Shown here: positions 41,016 to 49,200 of the stretch, in pieces | How positions within the stretch are numbered: position 1 is the stretch's first letter | Layout of the letters: each line of letters starts with the position of its first letter | Virus record (IMG/VR): IMGVR_UViG_3300042878_001497 | Coordinates: 1-64,000 of that record | Direction: 5' to 3' (one strand) | Source of the DNA: a virus | DNA length: 64,000 nt | Notes under the pieces: generated by a model | Database searches by the model: none | Told to the model about the DNA's origin: nothing | The model's input: only the letters and a program-made list of their open reading frames with translations | Made by a program: the position numbers and the translations under genes

Positions 41016-41702
41016 ATGAAAATCACATTCATCAGCGACACTCACACTAAACACAGGGAAATCAATAAAGATCTTCCTGGTGGTGACTTGATCATTCACG
41101 CTGGTGATTTTATGAATTCAGGTTATGAGTCACAAGACGTAGCTGATTTTGTTAACTGGTATAGTTCATTGCTTACAATGGATTACAAACACCGAGTGTT
41201 TATTGCTGGTAATCACGATCGAATGTTTGAAGATTATCCTAATTTAGCTAAAGAGTTGATGGATGCCTACAGTGGTGGATTGATTTACTTAAAAGATCAA
41301 ACTCACGTTATTGATGGGGTAAAAATTTATGGTTCACCTTGGCAACCAGAATTTTGCGATTGGGCTTTTAATTTACCTCGTAATGGTGTTGAATTGCAAG
41401 AAAAATGGAATGCAATTCCAAACGACACTGATATTTTAATAACTCATGGTCCTCCATTTGGACATTGTGATGTTACCCCTTCGGGTAACCTAAATGTAGG
41501 CTGTGAGTTACTCAGGGTTCGAGTAGATGAAATCAAACCTAAAATTCACGTGTTTGGACATATCCATTCAGGTTATGGTTACAAATTCCATAATGATACC
41601 CACTTTATCAACGCTGCTGTGTTAAATGAGCGTTACAAATACGCAAATAAACCTGTTACTATTGACTGGGATCCTGAAACAAACGAATTAGAATTTATTT
41701 AG
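41016..41702 (+). CDS. Calcineurin-like metallophosphoesterase
   Basis: SDTH, HAGD, GNHD, THGPP, GHIH. Confidence 0.9.
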   Translation: MKITFISDTHTKHREINKDLPGGDLIIHAGDFMNSGYESQDVADFVNWYSSLLTMDYKHRVFIAGNHDRMFEDYPNLAKELMDAYSGGLIYLKDQTHVIDGVKIYGSPWQPEFCDWAFNLPRNGVELQEKWNAIPNDTDILITHGPPFGHCDVTPSGNLNVGCELLRVRVDEIKPKIHVFGHIHSGYGYKFHNDTHFINAAVLNERYKYANKPVTIDWDPETNELEFI

Positions 41703-41704
41703 TT

Positions 41705-42289
41705 ATGAGTCAATTTGAATTTTTAAAAATACTTAACTCCCCGTTTAAGATACCTCGAGTTAAGTTTTATATTGGTAAGGTAGCTATTGGTACACCATAT
41801 TTTCATCCACGCAAATTGGTTAAACCAACCCCTAAAATGGCTATGGATGAAGCTATAAGGGAATTAGCACGTAGGGAGAAGTGGAATAACGCAAATCCCG
41901 ATGTTCAATTTAAACAAGATATCAAACCACTTGATGAAATGTATAAAGAAAAACTACGTTACCGATTCCCAGTTCCTAAAAAGATTGGATTTGATTTCGT
42001 AGGATTGGGCTATAAAACTAAATGGAGTGAAACCGATTACAGACACGAATGGAATCCTATTTGGTCTTTTGTATTTTTTAAATACCAAATTGCTCTAGTA
42101 TTTACTTCTCCAGAACGTGAGTGTGTCTCTCAATACTGGGAGGCTTGGTTGTACTATCAGTACCATACTAAAGGAAGTAAGCAAGAACGTATTAAACAGT
42201 GTAAGAAAGATTACCCCCAAAAATATACTATCAATAACATTGATGGTGGTATTAAAAAGGTTGATTACTATGATATTATTTTAAAATAA
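41705..42289 (+). CDS. Hypothetical protein
   Basis: Packed ORF. Confidence 0.65.
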   Translation: MSQFEFLKILNSPFKIPRVKFYIGKVAIGTPYFHPRKLVKPTPKMAMDEAIRELARREKWNNANPDVQFKQDIKPLDEMYKEKLRYRFPVPKKIGFDFVGLGYKTKWSETDYRHEWNPIWSFVFFKYQIALVFTSPERECVSQYWEAWLYYQYHTKGSKQERIKQCKKDYPQKYTINNIDGGIKKVDYYDIILK

Positions 42290-42291
42290 AA

Positions 42292-42438
42292 ATGCCTAAA
42301 TATCTTAAAACCGCATTTGTGAGAGAACTAGAACAACAGGTTAGAAGAGGTGAACTTTCACACACCCGAATGCTTGACTTAATCCAAGATGAGGTAATTA
42401 AAAATTATACCGAAACCTTTAACACCAACGAGAAATGA
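42292..42438 (+). CDS. Small protein ending TFNTNEK (48 aa, not in ORF track)
   Basis: MPKYLKTAF...TFNTNEK; ATGA overlap with next gene. Confidence 0.55.
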   Translation: MPKYLKTAFVRELEQQVRRGELSHTRMLDLIQDEVIKNYTETFNTNEK

Positions 42439-42678
42439 AAACACTAACATTTGTAATTGCAGACCGCCTAGACGAATTAGCTGGAGAGTGGTCTAAACAC
42501 ACCGCACAGTGCGAGGCATTGATGATGGCAGCGAAAGAGGTTGCGACATTTGAACAAGAGGAAAAAGATCGAATGGTTGACTTTGCCTACAAGTATGGAA
42601 ACTTGACCCTTCAACAGATTTCTGATGCTTTTGACAATGAATATAAAAACGAGAATCTTTGACACCAACGAGAAATGA
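42417..42678 (+). repeat. 22-bp direct repeats CTTTRACACCAACGAGAAATGA at 42417 and 42657
   Basis: 21/22 identical, each ending in the ATG of the next ORF. Confidence 0.85.
42435..42662 (+). CDS. Hypothetical protein
   Basis: ORF between the direct repeats. Confidence 0.6.
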   Translation: MKTLTFVIADRLDELAGEWSKHTAQCEALMMAAKEVATFEQEEKDRMVDFAYKYGNLTLQQISDAFDNEYKNENL

Positions 42679-43028
42679 GCAAACTCAAACAAACTAAAAT
42701 TCCAATGACATTAGAAGATAATGTTATGAAGGTTGCTCTTGAACAAAATGTAATTGAAAACGAATTCAATTGGAAATTAGTTCGTGAACGAGACGGACTA
42801 ACCAATCAATCTAAAGAAGTAATGTGGGTTGAGTGGAATGAAGATAGAACATTTAAAGCCCGACACGATAAACCAGCAATTGGTTATTCATTGATTATGT
42901 CTCCATTCAACCAGTTTTTTACTTGGCAAACAACTCCCATTACAGAGGTGTTGGAAAAACGAGAAAATTTTCTTAAATTTAAGACTAAGAACTCAGTATA
43001 CGAATTGTGGAAAAAAGGAAACGATTAA
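42675..43028 (+). CDS. Hypothetical protein
   Basis: WQTTPITEV...FKTKNSVYEL. Confidence 0.65.
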   Translation: MSKLKQTKIPMTLEDNVMKVALEQNVIENEFNWKLVRERDGLTNQSKEVMWVEWNEDRTFKARHDKPAIGYSLIMSPFNQFFTWQTTPITEVLEKRENFLKFKTKNSVYELWKKGND

Positions 43029-43318
43029 CTCGAGAACAAAAAAAAGACAAAGCAATCATTGATCTAATCAATCAAATGTTTATTATTGCTGGTCATAATG
43101 TTACCTATGATGATATTGTAGGTGTAAAGGATTGGTTTAGAGAATACACAATGACTGTTGAACAGGGTGAAGAATTTAAAAAATGGGGTAAAAAATACCT
43201 TATGAAGGAATTACGCGAATCAGCTAAATCAGCAGAACGTGAAATGTCGTGGTTTAATCTACAATGGGGTTTGACTTACAGTAACTGGGAAGATTATCAT
43301 AAACTAGATAAAAAATGA
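43007..43318 (+). CDS. Hypothetical protein
   Basis: Overlapping packed ORF. Confidence 0.6.
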   Translation: MEKRKRLTREQKKDKAIIDLINQMFIIAGHNVTYDDIVGVKDWFREYTMTVEQGEEFKKWGKKYLMKELRESAKSAEREMSWFNLQWGLTYSNWEDYHKLDKK

Positions 43319-43464
43319 AAATCGAACGCTACCATCAATCCTACGAGTTTTTTATAACTCCTACAATCAAATACACTTACGATAAGATACTATTTGGTTT
43401 TAAATGTGTAGATTTTATTTGGGGACGTAAAGGTTTTTCCGTATCTTGGGGACATAAGAAATAA
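43315..43464 (+). CDS. Small hypothetical protein (49 aa, not in ORF track)
   Basis: ATGA overlap; MKIERYHQ...WGHKK. Confidence 0.5.
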   Translation: MKIERYHQSYEFFITPTIKYTYDKILFGFKCVDFIWGRKGFSVSWGHKK

Positions 43465-43468
43465 TGTT

Positions 43469-43720
43469 ATGACAGAGGAAATTTTTGAAAAATTGGGTTT
43501 TGAACGTGTTGATGTGTCTGCTGAAGAAGCAGGAGATGAACGTGGGTTTTACTACTACTCTATAGATATTGGTGACATCTGTATTATGTCAAATTCAGAT
43601 GACGAAGCAGCTAAGGATGGTTGGGAATGTTCTATCTTTGATTCAATGACTCTTAAAATTAAAGGTTCAGGTGATTTAGAGGATTTGGTTCGTATCATTC
43701 GAAACAATACCAATGGTTAA
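43469..43720 (+). CDS. Hypothetical acidic protein
   Basis: Packed ORF. Confidence 0.6.
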   Translation: MTEEIFEKLGFERVDVSAEEAGDERGFYYYSIDIGDICIMSNSDDEAAKDGWECSIFDSMTLKIKGSGDLEDLVRIIRNNTNG

Positions 43721-43883
43721 GAAAAAACAGGTAGCAGAAAAGTGGGTTGTGATTGATTCAGACGATCACATCTACCACTACCCTACTTTCCTAGCTGCAC
43801 TAAAGCACCCAGGCAGTAGAGTAAGCATAATGACAGACGAGTATTATGAAACAGCTTATAGAGAAATTACAGCTAAGACATGA
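43713..43883 (+). CDS. Small hypothetical protein (56 aa, not in ORF track)
   Basis: Overlaps both neighbours; MVKKKQ...ITAKT. Confidence 0.5.
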   Translation: MVKKKQVAEKWVVIDSDDHIYHYPTFLAALKHPGSRVSIMTDEYYETAYREITAKT

Positions 43884-44164
43884 AAGAACCAGCAAAGCCG
43901 GTATCAGGATTCACGGATACATTTTTATCTAAACTAAAAGAGCAATCTTTCACCATAGTCCTTATGATAGGTATTATTTGGTATCAAGGTAAACTGATGG
44001 AAGAAAGAGTTAATTATTGGCAAAAGCTATATGAGGACCAGAAAGCTTATATAGAGCAAACAGCAAAAGATAATAAACAACTTATGTTAGACCGGATTGA
44101 ATATCTTCAACAGCAAAACGACAAGTATGCTGAAGATGCAATTAACGAATTAAAAACAAAATAA
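43880..44164 (+). CDS. Single-TM coiled-coil protein, possibly holin-like
   Basis: FTIVLMIGIIWY followed by coiled coil. Confidence 0.45.
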   Translation: MKEPAKPVSGFTDTFLSKLKEQSFTIVLMIGIIWYQGKLMEERVNYWQKLYEDQKAYIEQTAKDNKQLMLDRIEYLQQQNDKYAEDAINELKTK

Positions 44165-44256
44165 ATTATGGAATGGTTAAAAGCAGGATTTCTTATTTTA
44201 TTTGCATTATTCTTTTTAGCAAATATTTTTCATCACTTTAGTTGGGACTTAGGATA

Positions 44257-44508
44257 ATGGACGAAAATAAATGGCATTACGTAATCATGTACCTAACATT
44301 CTTTAGCTTAGGTATGATAACAACTGCAATAGCAATCACACAAGGATTCTTCCAAGAGTTTATTTTTGTACTGCTTGCAGGAGTACTCTTCTTAGTATTC
44401 TCTCTAGCCTACCACTACGTTAGAGGAATTGACTACATGGAGGAATTCCATCCAGACTACAAAGGAGAGGATATGTACGATGAAGGAGAAACTAAATCCA
44501 AACTTTAA
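44257..44508 (+). CDS. Two-TM membrane protein
   Basis: Two hydrophobic helices; start at MDENK. Confidence 0.55.
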   Translation: MDENKWHYVIMYLTFFSLGMITTAIAITQGFFQEFIFVLLAGVLFLVFSLAYHYVRGIDYMEEFHPDYKGEDMYDEGETKSKL

Positions 44509-44725
44509 GTTCAGATCCGGCAAATACGCCGGCTGGACCATTAGGGATGTATTTGATACAGCACCCGGGTACCTAAACTGGATATACCAAAACAAACCCG
44601 AAATGCTTAAAGGTGCAGAAATTAAATCAGCACCCAAGCCTGAACCCAAAGTTGCAGATTCGGAAAAAGGTAATTATCTTTACAACAAGAACATTAGACC
44701 GGCCACCTACGACGAAGCATTTTAA
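44480..44725 (+). CDS. Small protein with F.SGKY.G..I...P.YL.W motif (ExoX C-terminal-like)
   Basis: FRSGKYAGWTIRDVFDTAPGYLNWI. Confidence 0.55.
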   Translation: MKEKLNPNFKFRSGKYAGWTIRDVFDTAPGYLNWIYQNKPEMLKGAEIKSAPKPEPKVADSEKGNYLYNKNIRPATYDEAF

Positions 44726-44727
44726 GA

Positions 44728-44871
44728 ATGGTTGAAGTTATTAAACATACCCTAGGCTTTTGCGGTGAGCACTGGCACCTAAATCTATTTAATATTATAG
44801 CAACGGGTGTTGGCTCCTTGCCGGTTATTTCGTATATTAAGTATAACTTAAAAAGGATATGGAAGCACTAG
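44728..44871 (+). CDS. Small protein with CGEHWH motif (not in ORF track)
   Basis: MVEVIKHTLGFCGEHWH... Confidence 0.5.
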   Translation: MVEVIKHTLGFCGEHWHLNLFNIIATGVGSLPVISYIKYNLKRIWKH

Positions 44872-44972
44872 TTTATTTACTCCAAGGCATGGCTGCTACT
44901 GCTGGCGGACTTCTCGTATTTTACGTAGTGAAGTTTCTAGTTGAGGTAGCTCAAGGTAAGCACAGAAGTTAA
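44859..44972 (+). CDS. Small membrane peptide (37 aa, not in ORF track)
   Basis: After promoter motif 44810-44838; hydrophobic. Confidence 0.4.
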   Translation: MEALVYLLQGMAATAGGLLVFYVVKFLVEVAQGKHRS

Positions 44973-44975
44973 GAT

Positions 44976-45012
44976 TTATAGGGTTTGCCTATACCCTTAT
45001 AATACCTGGCAG
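44976..45012 (+). ncRNA. Candidate H-type pseudoknot (divergent preQ1-I-like) in queC leader
   Basis: P1 UAUAGGG/CCUUAUA; loop UUUGCCUAUAC; P2 UGCC/GGCA. Confidence 0.4.
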
Positions 45013-45030
45013 TTATAAATTATATTTAAA

Positions 45031-45906
45031 ATGGCAAAACACGTTGTAGTTTCGTTATCTGGAGGAATGGATTCCTCAACACTCTTGCTTAGAGCATTGA
45101 GTGAATTTGATACTGTAACAGCAGTATCGTTTGACTACGGTCAAAAACACCGAGTAGAGCTTGAACGAGCTCAAGACCTGGTTAACTATTTGAATCTTAG
45201 AGCTGATGAGACTAAGTATAAAAGCGATGTAGCTGAAGTTATTATGCATCACTTTCCTAAAGTTAACTACCAGTTAATTAAACTTGACGGCTTGAGTCAA
45301 CTACTAAACTCGGCTCTAGTAACTGGAGGTGATGAAGTACCGGAAGGTCACTATGCTGCCGAGAACATGAAAGCTACCGTAGTACCTAACCGAAATAAAA
45401 TCTTCAGTTCAATCACCCAGGCAATCGCTTTATCTATCGCAAATGAAACAAAAGAAGAATGCTCCATCGCTCTCGGTATCCATGCCGGAGACCATGACAT
45501 CTACCCAGACTGCCGACAGGAGTTCCGCGACGCCGACGATCATGCGTTTCGTATGGGTAACTGGGATAACGATCGGGTATCTTATTGGACTCCTTACCTG
45601 GAAGGTAATAAGTTTACTATCTTAGAAGATGGAGAGAAGTTATGTGAGGAACTAGGACTTGAATTTGATGAAGTCTATAAGCGCACTAATACCTCTTATA
45701 AACCCATTAAGTGGTACAGTCGCAAAGAAACCAATGCATACGAATGGTACTCAGACTACAAATCAGCTTCTTCAGTAGAACGAGTTGAAGCATTTATCAA
45801 GCTAGGGCGTCCTGATCCTGCACCTTATGCTGACGAGACTGGCCCTGTGACCTGGGAGCACGTTGTGACCGAAGTATCTAAAGTACTTGAATCGCATACA
45901 AAGTAA
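45031..45906 (+). CDS. queC: 7-cyano-7-deazaguanine synthase
   Basis: SGGMDS; FDYGQKH; VPNRN; YPDCR. Confidence 0.92.
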   Translation: MAKHVVVSLSGGMDSSTLLLRALSEFDTVTAVSFDYGQKHRVELERAQDLVNYLNLRADETKYKSDVAEVIMHHFPKVNYQLIKLDGLSQLLNSALVTGGDEVPEGHYAAENMKATVVPNRNKIFSSITQAIALSIANETKEECSIALGIHAGDHDIYPDCRQEFRDADDHAFRMGNWDNDRVSYWTPYLEGNKFTILEDGEKLCEELGLEFDEVYKRTNTSYKPIKWYSRKETNAYEWYSDYKSASSVERVEAFIKLGRPDPAPYADETGPVTWEHVVTEVSKVLESHTK

Positions 45907-45930
45907 AAGGTAGTAATATCTAAGAAGGAG

Positions 45931-45950
45931 GAGGGCATTTGCCCTCTTTC
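45931..45950 (+). terminator. Intrinsic terminator after queC
   Basis: GAGGGC-ATTT-GCCCTC-TTTC. Confidence 0.65.
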
Positions 45951-45967
45951 CTATTTATATATAAGTT

Positions 45968-46243
45968 ATGGCAGATAAACTACTAAAGTTACTACAGCAG
46001 CAGGAAGCTCGCCTAGGAGGTTCTCCTAAGCCACGCTACCTAGAAGCTATGGTAGCAACCCGTGGTACGGTAGCAGATGTTGTATTCATGCGACAGCTCG
46101 AACCAGTATCTAGTGTCTTCCAAACTTATAATGTCGCTGTTAACGGAACTAATCTTATACCAAGAACCGTTTACAGCGGTACTCCAGAACGCTACCTGTT
46201 TATAGATTATCTAGAAGAAGATTATTTAGATCCGCAATTTTAA
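45968..46243 (+). CDS. Hypothetical late protein
   Basis: After TATTTATA 45952. Confidence 0.6.
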   Translation: MADKLLKLLQQQEARLGGSPKPRYLEAMVATRGTVADVVFMRQLEPVSSVFQTYNVAVNGTNLIPRTVYSGTPERYLFIDYLEEDYLDPQF

Positions 46244-46254
46244 CTAAGTAAAGA

Positions 46255-49200
46255 ATGGCTATCATATTAAGGCAAAATACTGCTACAAATACCGGTAAAG
46301 GAAGTAGGCTTACCTTTACTGAAATGGATAGCAATCTAGAATCTTTCTATATTTCTAGTTCTTTTGCGAATAACACGCTCATACTTTACACCACCGGTAG
46401 CGTTAGTCATTCCGTAGACTTAAGCTCTTTCGGAGGAAATGTAGATTCAGGCTCATTTATGGCATCGGCATCCGCTGCCGGAGGTGTAATTACTTTTGAA
46501 AAAGTAGATGGAAGTACATTCGATGTTACTGTTACTAATGTAGCATCTGCTTCTAAAGTCAATATTACAAATACTAGTAGCAGCCAGGGTTACTACTTAG
46601 TTTTTGCAGAAGCTACTTCAGGTCACCAAGATCTTAGAGCAGATTCCTCTATTGTATATAATCCGGATTCAAACACTCTGCAGACAGCAAACCTAATACT
46701 TACAGGAGACCTTACAGTACAGGGAACTAGAACAGAGCTTCAGGTTACTGAACTTAATGTAGAGGATAAGCTCATCACAGTCGCCTCAGGATCTACTACC
46801 TCAGCTCAAGCAGACGGAGCCGGTATTCAAATCGCCGGCGCAAATCAATCTGTTACTTGGGATCATACTAATTCACGTTTAAAAACTTCCACTGATTTAG
46901 GAGTTACAGGTACCCTGAACGTCTCTACAGTAGCAACAGATAACGCACTTACAGACTTTGTTGTACTTGCCGGAGACGGAACTTTAAAGAAAAGAACTTC
47001 TATAGTAGGAGCTCAGGGCGTACAGGGTACAACAGGTACTCAAGGTATTCAAGGAATAACCGGCACCCAGGGAACCCAGGGTACTCAAGGTACTCAGGGC
47101 ACCGATGGCTTACAGGGCATTCAAGGTATAACAGGTACCCAGGGTACTCAAGGTATAACAGGTACCCAGGGTACTCAAGGTACCCAGGGAACTCAAGGTA
47201 TCCAAGGAATTCAAGGAATAACCGGCACCCAGGGGGTACAAGGTACAACAGGTACTCAGGGCACTGACGGCTTACAAGGTATCCAAGGTATAACAGGCAC
47301 CCAGGGGGTACAAGGTATTACAGGCATCCAGGGAACTCAAGGAACTCAAGGCACCCAAGGAACTCAAGGAGCCCAGGGTATAACAGGTACTCAAGGCATT
47401 CAAGGTGTTACCGGAGTACAGGGTACAGACGGACTACAGGGTACTCAAGGTATTCAAGGTATTACAGGCACACAGGGTACTCAAGGTATACAAGGTACTT
47501 ACGGCGTACAGGGCGTTCAAGGTGTACAAGGTACCGACGGTTCTTTTGGTGGAGCTACCTTTGACTACACTTTCGACTCCACTACTACTTCAGGAGATCC
47601 AGGGCAAGGAAAAATTAGACTAAGTAATTCTAACGAAAATACATCTACGCAGATGTATATTGATGATTTGGATGATTTTGGAAATGATATTTCCTCATTC
47701 ATGCAAACCATTGACAGCGTAACCTCTACAGTTAAAGGTTATGCTAGAATAGCTAATCGTACCGACGCTACTCAATATCTATTATTTCAGATTTCAAACC
47801 TGACAGACAATACAGGTTGGTGGACTATAGACATTACAAACCAGGCTTCTTCAGCTACCTCTCCATTCACCAATCTGGAAGATATAACAATATCATTTAT
47901 AACTACCGGAGATAAAGGTGACACAGGTCCTCAAGGTGTTCAGGGAACTACCGGCACCCAGGGCACCAACGGTACTCAAGGTATTCAAGGTATTACTGGA
48001 GCTCAAGGTATTCAAGGCACGACAGGTACTCAAGGTACTGATGGAACTCAAGGTATACAGGGTATTACTGGTACAGGCTTACAAGGTATTCAAGGTACTC
48101 AAGGTACTAACGGTACTCAAGGCATACAAGGTATTACCGGAGCAGGTACTCAAGGTATTCAGGGTACAACAGGTACTCAGGGTAACAACGGTACTCAAGG
48201 TATCCAGGGTATTACCGGAGCCGGAACCCAAGGCATCCAAGGAATAACCGGAGCACAAGGTACCGATGGTACCCAAGGTATTCAAGGTATTACCGGAGCT
48301 GGAACTCAAGGAACACAAGGTACTACCGGAACTGCTACACAAGGCATCCAAGGTACTCAGGGAACGACAGGTTCAGCAACCCAGGGTATTCAAGGTATTG
48401 ATGGTAACCAAGGCATTCAAGGTACTACAGGAACTGCTACACAAGGTATTCAAGGAACACAAGGTACCACTGGAACTGCTACACAAGGTATTCAAGGTAC
48501 TACTGGAACTGCTACACAAGGTATTCAAGGAACACAAGGTACCACTGGAACTGCTACACAAGGTATTCAAGGTACTACTGGAACTGCTACACAGGGCATA
48601 CAGGGAACACAAGGTACCACTGGAACTGCTACACAAGGTATTCAAGGAACACAAGGTACCACTGGAACTGCTACTCAAGGCATCCAGGGCATTATTGGAA
48701 GCCAGGGTATACAAGGTACTACTGGTTCCGCTACTCAAGGCATTCAAGGAACACAAGGTACCACTGGAACTGCAACTCAAGGTACACAAGGTACCCAGGG
48801 CACAACAGGAACTGCAACTCAAGGAATACAAGGTACTACTGGTTCCGCTACTCAAGGTATTCAGGGAACACAAGGCACTACCGGAACTGCCACACAAGGT
48901 ATACAAGGCATTCAAGGTACTATCGGAACTGCTACTCAAGGCATTCAAGGAACACAGGGCACTACCGGAACTGCTACACAGGGCATACAGGGAATAACAG
49001 GCACTCAAGGAACCGACGGTACTCAAGGAATCCAGGGTATTACCGGAGGTCAGGGTACACAAGGTACCACTGGAACTGCAACTCAAGGTATTCAAGGTAT
49101 AACAGGTATTCAAGGTACTCAAGGAATTCAAGGTCCTTCAAACCCAAATGCTATAAGCGTAGATATAGCTAATGCTACAGGGGATGTTGAGTATAGAAGT

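Noticed and set aside
47000-49131. Long alternative-frame and minus-strand ORFs (e.g. 48266..48997, 48373..49131)
   Set aside because: Shadows of the low-complexity collagen repeats.
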